NCBI RefSeq assembly: GCF_009914755.1
Contig: NC_060931.1
Length of the DNA: 64,000 bases
Reading direction: 5' to 3' (one strand)
DNA from: the human T2T-CHM13v2.0 reference genome, Homo sapiens
The position numbers and the translations under genes are program-made. Within the stretch, counting starts at the first letter, position 1. Each line of letters starts with the position of its first letter. Shown here piece by piece: positions 1 through 13,712 of this stretch. Below the pieces are notes generated by a model. That model saw nothing but the letters and a program-made list of their open reading frames with translations, was not told the origin of the DNA and did no database searches.

Positions 1-584
1 GAATTAAAATTGAATCTCAGGAGAGGCAATACATTCTCCCACACTTCTAAAAAATAAAAACGTACTCTCATTTTTCTTAAAAATTTTCAGCCACTTTATC
101 AGTAAAGAAAAAATTCATTTTGGATTTCAGCTGTAGGAAATTGGTTATATGGGGCAGCAATAGGCAAAATATTCTGTAAAATTAATTGTCATGCTGATAA
201 TAACTGTCAAAATATTGTTATAGACTGTCTATAGTACAGTCAACAGAAACACCACCATTGTAGAAATAATTGTAATCTCTCTATATTTTTGAGGAAATAT
301 AGTTAATTATTTTAAAGCTGGATATAGACAGAAAATGTACATTGTTTTTACATTCTCCTAACTTATTTAAAAGAAAATAACATTTATTTAGTTTGTATAA
401 CATACATTTAGTAATACCTCAATAGATATTTTGTATATAATACTTAGAAATTCTCCTGTTATACTTCTCATTTATTTTAGGTTAATAGCAGGTTATTAGG
501 ATTTTAACTTGGGTTTTGAAATATGACACATTTTAAGCATTTTATAATGGAAGAAACTCATTTACATAAATATATTTATATAGC

Positions 585-752
585 TTGGTGGCCATGAAAA
601 TATGCTACTCAGATCTCTTACTGCTAGAGGCATAATGGACTGATGGCCTCTGTTGTTGGCACTCTTGTTCCTTCACTGTGCTCCTGCTAAAGCCAAGCAC
701 TCTGTGAGCTGCTCTCATTCCATGTCTGAGCACAACAGGGGTATTAAGGCAT
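585..752 (+). mobile_element. LTR16-like (ERVL) LTR 5' fragment
   Basis: tggtggccatgaaaatatgctactcagatctc...catgtctgagcacaacagggg resembles the LTR16C/LTR16A start. Confidence 0.6.
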
Positions 753-936
753 TTGCTATAAATTGTTTTCAGAAAAAGATAAAATCATGACTTCTATACG
801 GATATAAAATAAAGTTAAAGATTTTATTAAACTTATCATGACAGAACCAGTTATTCCACTTACTGAAGTTTCTAAAGTATCAAATTCATAGAAGCAGAGA
901 ATAGAATTGTGGTTGTCAGGGGCTGAGGGGAAGGAG

Positions 937-1300
937 TGTATTGGTCCATTTTTACACTGCTAATAAAGGCATTCCCGAGACTGGGTAATTTATAAAGAAA
1001 AAGAGGTCTAATGGACTCACAGTTCCACACAGCTGGGGAGGCATCACAATCATGGTGGAAGATGAAGGAGAAGTAAAGGCACGTCTCACATGGCAGGAGG
1101 GAAGAGAGTATGTACAGGGGAACTGCCCTTTATAAAACCATCAGATCTGGTAAGACTTATTCACTATCATGAGAACAGCATGGGAAAACCCACCTTCATG
1201 ATGTAATTACCTCCCACTGGGTCTCTCCCAAGACATGTGGAGATTATGGGAGCTACGATTCAAAATGAGATTTGGGTGGGGACATAGCCAAACCATATCA
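937..1300 (-). mobile_element. THE1B-like solo LTR (MaLR)
   Basis: 364 bp with termini tgtatt...ccaaaccatatca (reverse of TGATATGGTTTGGC); imperfect 5-bp TSD aggag/agggg. Confidence 0.92.
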
Positions 1301-1405
1301 AGGGGAAATGGGGAATCATTGCTTAATGGGTATAAAGTTTTAGTTATACAAAATGAATAAAATCTAGATATCTGTTGTACAACATAGTACCTATAATTAA
1401 CAATA

Positions 1406-1591
1406 CAGTTAGCCCTCCCCATTTGTGGGTTCTGCATCCACAGACTCAATCAACTATGGATTTAAATTTTTTTAATTAAAATAATACAAAAATTAAAAAT
1501 AATATAATAAAAATAATACAGTATAACAATTATTTACACAGTGTTTATATTGTGTTTGGTATTGTAAGGAATCTAGACATGATTTAAAGTA
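1406..1591 (-). mobile_element. MER2B-like (Tigger2 MITE) partial copy
   Basis: TA, then the terminus cagttagccctcc...; A-rich core; ends at tctagacatgatttaaagta. Confidence 0.7.
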
Positions 1592-2242
1592 CTGTCAGCC
1601 CCTGTATCCATGTGTTCTACATCCGTTGTTTCAACCAACCTCTGACAGAAAATATTTTAAAAAATTACATCTATGCTGAGCATGTGCAAACATTTTTCTT
1701 GTTATTATTCCCTGAAAATTACAGTACATCAACTATCTACATAGCATTTACACGGAATGAGGTATTACAAGTAATCTAGAGGTGATTTGAAATGCAGCCA
1801 TGCATTGCTTAATGATAAGGATACATTCTGAGAAATGCATTGATAGGTGATTTCATCACTGTGAAAACACAGTGTGGTTACACAAACCTAGATGGTATAG
1901 TCTACTACATTCCTAGACTAGATAGTATAGCCTATTGCTACTAGGCTACAAACCTGTGCAGCATGTTAATGTAGTGAATACTGTAGGCACAATGGTATTT
2001 GTGTATCTAAACATATTTAAACATAGAAGAGTTATAATAAAAATACAGTATTATAATCTTATGGGACCACTGTATGTGGTCAGTAGAAATGTCATTGTGT
2101 GACATATGACTGTGTACAGGAGAATGTGCATAAGTTATATGCAAATATGATGCTTGTTTATATAAAGGGCTTAAGCACTCTTATATTTTGGTGTCTATGG
2201 TGGTCCTGGAATCAATCCCCTCAGGATACCGTGGGATGGCTG
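1592..2242 (-). mobile_element. MER2 MITE split by Tigger3a
   Basis: Left half 1592-1794; right half 2113-2242 ends ...ggataccgtgggatggctg followed by TA. Confidence 0.8.
1795..2112 (-). mobile_element. Tigger3a (MER7/Golem) MITE
   Basis: TIRs cagccatgc...catatgactg; internal cacaaacctagatggtatag and ctaggctacaaacctgt motifs. Confidence 0.85.
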
Positions 2243-2480
2243 TATTGTATTTAGCACTTTAAAATATGTTGAGGATAGATTTCATGTCAAGTTTTCCCAT
2301 CACAAGCAAAACAAAACACAAATGAATATAAGGAAATCTTGGCGATTATGGATATGTTTAGAGTCTTCATTGTGGTGGTGGATGTATGCATGAATATAAA
2401 TGCAACAAAATGTATACATTAAATATGTGCAAATTTTTGTATAACAACTATACATCAACAAAGTTTAAAAAAGAAAAAAA

Positions 2481-3150
2481 CTGCTTAACCAGATTTCACC
2501 TGCAGTACCTATCAATTTAGGCAAATTCCTGTCTTCTTGAGGTTGCTGAAATAATCCAAAGTCTCTGACCTGCTAGAAAGTGACCTTCCTTTGCTATCTG
2601 TAATGCCAGATCTTGTAAGACAGGTGCCAGGCCAGTTTTCCAGGGACAGTGTTATACACTTTCACTTCATAAAATTAATCTTAGTCCCTTAAAAGTGGTT
2701 GATGATCTGATAAACTAAGCACCATTCTCAAATACACCATCCAGGCAAGGCTTTGATTGCTTCACCAATTTTTCCAATTACCACAAAAAAGAAGAAATGT
2801 TTTTATTCAATATTTGTAAATTGCCATGAAAAGGAAAAATACTAAATTATAATTTCTGAATTCTGGGAAGCAGAAGAATCAGTGTGGTTAGGTAGGCAGA
2901 ATGAGATATCATTTGCAAATATTTAATTTCAGTTTACAAAATCAAAGTATTCTAAATTGTTGTGAGTTATAGACAGCTTAAGACTGAAGAGAAAGGGCTT
3001 TCTTATATATCTAGAAAATAGATTGTTATAATAATACCAATAACATTCCAAACAAAACTGTGGTTGTTATCAGTTCATCAGGTCCTCTGTAATTTATTCT
3101 TTTTCCACTAGATCTCTGGTTAGCATGCTCATGAACCCTTCTGCTTTTTG
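2481..3150 (-). mobile_element. ERV1 (MER4-group) internal-region fragment
   Basis: aagtgaccttcctt...caggtgccaggccagttttc...ttagtcccttaaaa resembles MER4/MER34/MER21-int sequence. Confidence 0.5.
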
Positions 3151-3159
3151 ACTAATAAT

Positions 3160-3260
3160 TCATCACACCTGCAAGTCCTCTTTGCCATAGAAGGCCATAG
3201 AAGGTAACATTTGCAGGGTCTGGGGATTCAGATTTGGATACCTTTTGGGGGGTCATTTTT
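3160..3260 (-). mobile_element. MLT1 LTR terminal fragment
   Basis: cacacctgcaagtcctctttgccat...aggtaacatt...ggggattcagatttggatacctttt. Confidence 0.6.
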
Positions 3261-3600
3261 GAGCTTATGAGAACAAGAAAATAAGTCCATGAAAATTGAG
3301 TAAAATTTGCTATTGTCTTACAACATTTCGTAAATTCATATTCAGATATTGTAACCAAAGCAAATGAAATTCCTTCTGTTTTGGCTTTTATTGTCCTATC
3401 TTCTGGAACAAACTTACGTTTTTTGGACAGGTTGTAGGAAGTTGGCTGTATCAGAACTAATTTCATAATATTACTAGGATATTTTTTAACATGCAATGTA
3501 TTCATTGTTGCTATCATCAAATAAATCAAATACACATTTAGAAATTATCAGTTTCAATATCAATTGTAAGATAATTATAATGCATCAAAAATGCACTTGA

Positions 3601-3950
3601 AGCCGGATGTGGTGGCTCACGCCTGTAATCCCAGCACTTTGGGAGGTGGAGGTGGGCAGATCACTTGAGCACAGGAGTTTGAGACCAGCCCAGGCAACAT
3701 GGCAAAACGTTGTCTCTATAAAAAATACAAAAATATTAGCTTGGCATGGTGGCGTGCACCTGTAGTCCCAGCTACTGTGGGGGCTGAGGTGGGAGGATCG
3801 CTTTCTTAAGCCCTGGAGGTTGAGGCTGCAGAGACTATGATCACACCATTGTACTCCAACCTGGGTAACAGAGCAAGACCCTGTGCCTATCTCAATAAAA
3901 AAACAAAAAAAAAGAAAAAAAAAGAAAAAAGGAAAAAGAATAAAAAGAAA
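3601..3950 (+). mobile_element. AluJ (Jb-like)
   Basis: Full dimer with gatcacttgagc/ggcaacatggcaaaac J diagnostics and a long A-rich tail. Confidence 0.93.
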
Positions 3951-4490
3951 AGGCTTTGCACCTATTTCAAAATATTGGCTAATTGATGATATATACTTCT
4001 CTTTTCTTATTGATTGCTATTTCTTGAGATATTCTAACACCAGAAATTTGGACAACTTCTCAAATAATTGACAAAGGAAAAATGTGTTTTTGCCTTATAA
4101 AATTCTTTAGCTTATTTGCTAATTTATTATTCATTACTATTAAAAGTGCATGGTATAGTATGGTGGAAAAAACACACAAATTGAGGAGAGAAAACATTAG
4201 ATCTAAGTTAATATCTTTGAAAACACCAACTTATTCTCAAAAGATATATGACTCTCCTTTATACATACAAGTTAAATGGGGACATGGTTTGTGAATTACT
4301 GAATCAAAAGAAAGTAGAAATTACTATAATTTTTCTTATAAGGTTTCAGTAAGAGAAAATTATTTTGAGGAGAAATTTTAGAATGATGGAAATATAAGGA
4401 AATTAGAAGACATGGTGATATAGATTCAAGATTAGACTTGGCCACCATGTTAGCTGTGTGACATGCAACAAGTCAACTAATTTTTTCAAG

Positions 4491-4493
<3 letters not shown>

Positions 4494-4528
<35 letters not shown>

Positions 4529-4548
4529 GTGTATGTGTTGTATACGTG
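4494..4548. repeat. (TG)n microsatellite
   Basis: Seen directly. Confidence 0.95.
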
Positions 4549-5628
4549 TTTAAATCTACTTAATTAGTGGGGGCAGGGAGGGATCAACATGAAATCAAAT
4601 GTGTCAGGAAGTGGCGATTCGTAGGAATTTAGGTTGCTCTAATAATTTTAAAAGGTTACAAAATAAAGTTACACTTCTTATGCAATCTCCCTTAATATTA
4701 AAGATGAGTATACTAAAACAGTGAGAATTTGTCTTTGTGTGCATACAGTCTTCCAGTCAGGATTCAAAACTGAAATTGTTTAGGTTTAAATTAATTGTTA
4801 AAATTTCCTCATTATAAATTATTTACATTTATCTTTTTAAGTTCTTCACAGTATTACATCTTTCCATCAGACAAGTGCTCAGAAGAATTACATAAACAGA
4901 AGTTTGAACCATTCTTAAAGACTTTGGATGGTTGACTCCTCAAGGCGGAGCCTAATTATTTTGCAAATGTGAAGACAAAATGAAAAGTTAGCATCTTTAA
5001 TGGAGATATAAATTTGATGATGGTGGAGGAATCTTTTGCTATATTTCTGTAGTGTTGAAATGGTAATTATATAGTCTTGCCTTTAACAAAAATTGGCCTT
5101 TTTAGAACTTTAAGAGGCTTGACCTATTAACTATCTAGTTTTAATATGGAATAGAAAATATAACCCACAGAATCACTACTATGTTCCCATTAAATTAATT
5201 AACTTTTTAACCACTTTAGAACTTTAGAAGTTAAAATTTTGAAACCTTGGGCTTATTTCTTTGAGAGAACAAAAGGAACAGATGTGTGATTAAAAATTAT
5301 TTTAAAAGTAATAATGGCAAAAATAATTGTCCTTAATGTAAAGCATCAGAGGGAATGTGACTGTAAAAACAGGCTTCATCTGGAACATGAAGGGGCAAAG
5401 CTCCATTTTTCCTTCCTGTCTGTGAACTCAATAGGTGTGATTTGCTTGGCCCTGCTATAGTGGCAAAGCCTCTATTTAAAAAAGTTCCAGGAACATTATG
5501 TTGGTCATCAAAATAAGCCTGGGTCTGGGCCTGGGCCTGGGGATTTAGCAAGCATGAACAGTTAATCCAAGTACCAGGAATAACAGTGAATTTAGAAGCA
5601 TTCTTATTTTATGCAGGCTACCATAATT

Positions 5629-5707
5629 TCCTCCCTCCCTCCCTTCCTTTTTCCTTCATCTTTCTTTCTTCTTCCCTTTCTTCCCTTCAATGACCAAAAA
5701 GAGCCTA

Positions 5708-5745
<38 letters not shown>
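5629..5745. repeat. CT-rich low-complexity tract followed by (TG)n at 5713-5745
   Basis: Seen directly. Confidence 0.9.
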
Positions 5746-5749
<4 letters not shown>

Positions 5750-6036
5750 CGTTGTCGTCGTCGTTTTCTTAAATAACAATCTTGGTTTTATATCAAAGTC
5801 AATTCAATAAAACAATGACAAAACACACAAGATGCAGCTCTGTAAAAGGTACAGACATCTTGCCAGAGCGTAGAAGGGGGGGAAGTTGAATGAAGGTATT
5901 GGTGTTAAACATGGTTCCTGTGTCATGTTAGGTAAAAACATTTTAATTTGTCCACTCCAGCATTATGTATGCCCTCACTGTATCTAAATGGGTCAGAGTC
6001 CTAAATTAGCTAAACATCTAGTGGCCCGTCTACATC

Positions 6037-7278
<1,242 letters not shown>

Positions 7279-7863
7279 TAATAATTTATTTTGATGAGTT
7301 GGAAATTATGGATTTGTTACATATACACTACTGTTTATTAATAATTAGTAAACTGTAAAAACTTTGTTTACATTTGTGTTCTTAAAATATCTTTGTGGTT
7401 TATTGGAATGTGAATAAATTAAAAGATATCTTTGTGGTAGCTGACCACAGACCATTATAATTTACTTGGTATTTTTGTTTATTGTATTATATAGAAATGT
7501 ATTTATTTGTTTATTGTATCTATACCACCTAGATATCAATTTGTAGAAATGTTAATCACAAATGTTAATCTTGACTAGTATAGTCAAGAGGAAAGAGGAA
7601 CCAAATGCTAAAACTACTGGGGGCCGGAGAATTATTCCAATGGATTCCTTACACACTTAATCAGATATAAATCCACAACTTTATTTTTAAAAATGCAACA
7701 GATTAAATCAGTAAAATGTACTCTTTGAATTTAGAAATTTTCTTTGACAGAGAATCATCACCCAGTCATTCAGCTCTTTCATATAAATCTCCAGCTCTAA
7801 AGCGAATATTCTAACTGAAAATTCAACAGATTACTTGATTTTGCAGTAGAACCCTTTTCTGCT

Positions 7864-8163
<300 letters not shown>

Positions 8164-8741
8164 TCTGATTATTTAACTTTTAATTTCTGTTTTCTAGTTC
8201 TAAATTTGATTATAGAAAAGAGAGGAATAAATATATAAAGAATTATGTGATCAGAATTTTAGGCCTAATTATGTCATTGTCTCTTTGACATTGAGGAAAT
8301 GGAGAGATTCGTATCTCTTTCCTTACTGAGGTTGGGTGACAAATACATAAGACATTATACTTGTGGGCTCTTTGAAGCCTGTAAAGCACTATAATAATGC
8401 CAGAAATTATTATTAAGAAAAAATACAGCATAATGGCTTTTATGTACTTAAAAAAATCACAAACAATATTATCTAGCTGTATTAAATTGAAAAGTATGAG
8501 TAATATTATAATGTCTCTAAATAACAGCAACAAAATTGCTTGTGACTTCTCAAACCCACACTAATATTCTGAATTGTGTAAATGATGACCATATTTTGCT
8601 TTATTCTGATCTGTAAACATTGATGCTAATTGCATTATTGGAATCTATTTATTCATTATACAAATATGCATAAAGTAGTAGTAAAGCAACATGCAAAAAG
8701 GCAATACTGCTTCATAATTAAGAATAAAAACATACATTTAG

Positions 8742-8810
8742 ATGCATATATGTATATATAGATATGCATAAAACACACGTGTGTGTATATATAGTATATA
8801 TGTATATATA
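8742..8810. repeat. Degenerate (TA)n/(TG)n tract
   Basis: Seen directly. Confidence 0.8.
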
Positions 8811-9039
8811 AGGGAGAGTGAAATATGAATAATAAAGTGATAAAAATATGACAGAAAATACAGCATTGGTGTTTAAAGGAAAAGATAATTACTGTGATTG
8901 TCAATATTATTGGAATCCCAAGGCTGGTTTTCTAAGTTAAATAAAATTCAGAAAAATTATGTATAAATAAGCCATTTTAGTACTCGGCCAAATAAGAGAT
9001 TCTGCAATTTGATCCCCTAAAGGGAGGAAATTAGTGATT

Positions 9040-11050
9040 TTAAATTTAACATAATTATTGACCTATTAATGTTTATGACTATTGCAATTTATTTTATATA
9101 TTATTAAGTTTGCTGTTTCCTTTTCTATCATTTATTTCATCTTTGGACTAAATACCTTTTGGTATTTACTTATCTTCTATTGGTTTGTTAGTGATTAATT
9201 CTTTTCTATTTTTTAGTCATTATCCTAGTGCTCAATAGGCACAAATGACTAGTGTCTACCGTATTGGACAGGACAAAATAGAATATTTACATAATGCTGA
9301 CAATTCTATTGAAAGTCACTGTGTCAGGTGCGGTGGCTCACGTCTGTAATCCTAGCACTTTGGGAGGCCGAGGCAGGTGGATCACGAGGTCAGGAGTTCG
9401 AGACCAGCCTGACCAACATGGTGAAATCCTGTCTCTACTAAAAATACAAAAATTAGCCAGGTGTGGTGGTGTGGCGTGTGCCTGTAATATCAGCTACTCA
9501 GGAGGCTAAGGCAGGAGAATCGCTTGAACCCAGGAGGCGGAAGTTGCAGCGAGCCAAGATTGCACCACTGTACTCCAGCCTGGGCTACAGAGTGAGACTG
9601 TGTCTCAAAAAAAGAAAAAAAAAAAAAAGAAAGTCACTGTGTCAGAGCCTTTTTAATGCTTTTTCCTACTTTCCCAAATTTTGTATTATTATTGTCTTGC
9701 ATATTTGATTTACATATATTTAAACTCTACTAGATTTGATATTATTGCTTTTGTATAGTCAATGTTTATTTACATTTACCTACATATATGACTTTCCTAT
9801 TGTCCTTTCTTCTTTTCTTTCTACATTGCCATAATTTATTTATAATACTTTTATTTTAACCTGAAGAATGCTCTTTAGTGTTAGTTTACTTCAGGAAAAA
9901 AAAGTAATGCATTATTTCATTGTTGATTGCCTGAAAATTTTTTTATTTCATCTTAAACTAGAAGAATATTTTGAAATAAATAGGGATGTATGTCCAGTGT
10001 TTTATTTCAATATTTTGAAAATGTTATTCCATTTTCCTGAGGCTTCTATATCTTATAAAATCAGTCACAACTCTGCTATTCCCTTAAGGGTAATATGCTT
10101 TCTTTGGCCGCTTGCGTTTTCTCTCTTGTCTATGTGCCTTAGTTTTACTCTGAAGTGCAAAAGGAAGAGAGTACATTTTTTCTGCCTGAGTTCCAAGCAA
10201 GATAAATCTGTTTTATCTGTGGTTCATATCTTATTTCAGTTTTGAAAATTGCAGCCTGATAGTTGCTCAAACTTTTTCGTTCTGTCCCTAACCCCTCTGA
10301 GGTACATTTGCGTGCATGCGCGCACACACACTCACACACACGCGTGCGCGATTTTATCACATATATCAATTATATTTTACAATCTTTCCTGCATATTTCA
10401 TTCTCTTAGCATTCCATGATTCTGATTGGGCATTTTCTATTTATCTACCTTCTTCTAATTCTCTAATCTTCTTTTTTGCTCTGCCTATTGTGCCCGTTAA
10501 ATCCACCTATTGACATCTTAATTTCAATATTTGCAATTTGCAATTTTAAATTCTAGAATTTCTTTTTGATTCCTTTTTAGAGGTTTCAATTCTCTAGTAA
10601 AATTGTCCATCTTTCTCTCTATTTATTTGAATATAGAAATCACAGGTATTCTAAAGGTCAACTGTGATATGCCCAGTAATTCGGTCATCTATGGTTCTTC
10701 TATTGTCTGAAAGACAGCTTCCAAGCACAATTGAACTCCCCATGTGCCTAGGGCTCTCAGAAATTCTAAACAGTCACATTAGCCCACACTTATTTTTAAA
10801 GAATATATTTTAATTTTACCTATTTTCCTCTTACCTACTTTTATGGCTCTCACCTCTTCTTGTGCAATGCCAAAGGTGAAATAGTTCACGTGCCTACTCA
10901 CTCCTTGAAGGGGTTTACTGCCTTTGGAATTCATTTCATCTGGTTGACCCCTGACCTCATATCCCTGATGGGCTCAAGAAAAGTTATAGTTTTGTAGATT
11001 ATTTTGATGTCGGCATATGAATGATATTCTCTCGTGACTTTCTAAATCTT
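9040..11050 (-). mobile_element. Ancient L1M (L1ME-like) 5'/ORF1 region
   Basis: T-rich antisense L1M motifs (aatgttattccattttcctgaggcttc; ctgatgggctcaagaaaagttatagttttgtagatt); heavily diverged. Confidence 0.55.
9322..9628 (+). mobile_element. AluS (Sg-like)
   Basis: ggatcacgaggtcaggagttcg; poly-A; flanking direct repeat gaaagtcactgtgtcag at 9311-9327 and 9629-9645. Confidence 0.95.
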
Positions 11051-13132
11051 TATTTTAACTTAAGGAAAATAATAGCATGTTAGCTGAATTTCTGTATTTC
11101 ATCCCCAATTATATTATCTACTTATCAATGGCTATTGAAATAAAATCCACTAAATAATAACATTATTAATCATTACCAAAAAGCACAACAAATCAATGCC
11201 AATTATTAAAACATTAAATCTACATGTAAGAATATATAAAGAGAAATTGATGAAAACAACAGAGACCTGATACCAGTTAGCTTAGTGACCCTTTATGAAT
11301 CACTTATCATTTCTTAATCTGTTTTTCAAATGTCAGTGTAAAAAATGTTAAGTCCAGAACCTAAGTTTCTCATCTCTTTATTTATTCTGCCACCTCCCTC
11401 CTTCCTCCCCAATGCATACACACGTAACCTGAACTCTAGTCTTACCAAACTACTATTTCCAGTTTTTATTTGTAAAACACTGTGATACATAAATATAATA
11501 TGTATTTTGTTTGACGTTTTAAAATTGAATTGTATATTTTGTTTTATTCTTACTAGACACTGAAATACCTGGCCTGGGGGCTTTTACTTTTTCCTTGGGA
11601 ACTTGATATTCTCAATGAGACAGTAAAATGAAAAGTTTGTTTGTAAACAAAATCTGCTTGCAAACTTGCTCACAGATGAGTACCTAAAATGCCTTACAAA
11701 TCCCTCTGGATATTAGAGATGTACTAGTTAAAACTTGTGGGTCTCCATACTGACATATTTGAGAAGATATTTAAGTTGTTCTGCATTTATAATGGTGATT
11801 TCATGCATCCTAATCTCTTTACATAGGCAATATTTTATTCTCTTTCTCATTTTACAAATCTGCTCACATTAACATTCAGGTATTTCAAACTGTTTCATTT
11901 TTTGGATTTCCAATATACCTCTAGGGGTAAAGTAAATTAGAAGACCAAAGGTTAAGTACTTACATAGCAGCCAGAGAGGCCCAATGACTGTCTTCAAATG
12001 CTTTGCCTGAGGCATCTAATATTGTTATAAAAATGAATTCTTACATGAAAGAAAAAAACCCAAGGAAAACAGTATAAATTTTGCATTTCCTTGGCAGTTT
12101 TGGTAATGGATTTGATAATTTTGTCATCAAGTCATAAAGCTCCAATTATGACCAAGGTAGTAGAGCTGTTTTAAGATAACAAATAAAAGCTTCATTCACT
12201 CAGTGTGAAATCACTCAGTGTCCGCCCTCTTATGTCAATAACTAATTTAACACTAAAGATGGCAAGTAGGGGCAATTTATATAACTCAACACTGTGTAGA
12301 CATCTAGCATGGAATTTTCATTGTAGCAATATCACTTGATAATGAAATGTATCAATGGAGTGCTCTTGTTATTAATTATATTTATGACATTTTTATAGAA
12401 GCAAAATGTAATCAGCAAACTCTGCAGGCTTGCAGCCTAACAAATGTTATGGTAATGTTCGGTGGATTAATTTGTTTTCATTCCAAATAGCAATAATAGA
12501 AATATCAATATTAACATATAAATTAAAATGACCTAAGTAATATTAATTCATACTACTAATTCACTCTAGCTAAATTCAGTGATAAAATTGGAATAATAAT
12601 TATATGAAAATGAATTTAATGATATTCAACAGGTCACTTTAGTTATTATGCATAACTGTCTCACATATTACATTATTTTTATATATACAAATGCTAGGAG
12701 ACTAAATATTTAATAATTACTGAAACTCACATCTGGATTAGAGCTAGAGATGAATTTTTTTAATATATGATTACAACATAAAGTTGTTTTTTTCCCCCTA
12801 ATTTGCATGCCCTTTATTACTGAAATCCTGAAAGAAAACTTTCTGAGAAAAATGTAATGCAAAGAGAAAATCATCATCTATGTCTTTATCTGGAAATGTG
12901 GTTGCATTTATTCTAAGGAAATTCTAAAGAAATTTGAGTGTTTTATGCTTGATAAAATGATCTCATTTTGACCTTTTCTTTGATGAAGGAGCATTAGACT
13001 ACCATGAGTGGTAAGATACATGTGGAAATAAAAACCTAGATAATCTTTGCCAAGTAGATTTAGTTTACATTAAATTTTATATCAAAGTAGTCTAGCAAAT
13101 ATTCATGAAAACATCTTGGTCATTGGATAAGG

Positions 13133-13164
13133 ACACACACACACACACATACACACACACACAC
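13133..13164. repeat. (CA)n microsatellite
   Basis: Seen directly. Confidence 0.95.
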
Positions 13165-13599
13165 CGCTTACCTGAGTCAATCACTATCACTTATTGCTTT
13201 ACTGTGTTCCCTGTATTCCGGTGCCCTGGCCCCCACATAAGCTGCAAACTCCTTTAATCCCTGTTGCAACAATGCAATTACAAGAATCTTTCATAAACTT
13301 TTTGGGGATGAAAGTACAAATTAGTGTTATATCCATAATAGCCAAGTAAATTGGCCATATTCTAATAATGACTTCTGTTCTTAAGAGTATTTATTCAGGA
13401 TTTAATGAAAGTGTTAGTAAATGAAAATGTTTGCTAAGGGATATAGGGATGAAATCTTTATTCCAATTAACAACTTTATGATAAACACGAACTTGACTTG
13501 CAGTAACAGAAAACCTTTCAAATGCTTACGACTCTGAACATTTTATTTTTAACCAGGAATTTGTCATAGGGTGAGAACCAAAATCAAACAATAACAACT

Positions 13600-13712
13600 T
13601 TATATATGTAATAAACTTATTTATATATGTGTGCATATACTTATATATACATATAATTATATATATTTGATATGTTTGTACATACACATATATATAATTA
13701 TGTATCATATAC
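13600..13712. repeat. Degenerate (TA)n low-complexity tract
   Basis: Seen directly. Confidence 0.8.

Larger units (their letters stand above)
853..2480 (+). mobile_element. L1MB-type 3' end, interrupted by THE1, MER2-type elements and Tigger3a
   Basis: L1MB 3'UTR motifs (agaattgtggttgtcaggggctg; aatgggtataaagttttagttatacaa; tgtatacattaaatatgtgca) resume after each insertion and end in an A-rich tail near 2470. Confidence 0.75.

Noticed and set aside
937-1300. Intact DUX4 site in THE1 (also checked in the THE1 at 50083-50443)
   Set aside because: The TAATTGAATCA position reads TAATTACATCA and TGATTGAACTA in the two copies, so both are degraded.
3184-3203. 10-bp tandem duplication gccatagaag
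   Set aside because: A trivial slippage event within an MLT1 fragment.
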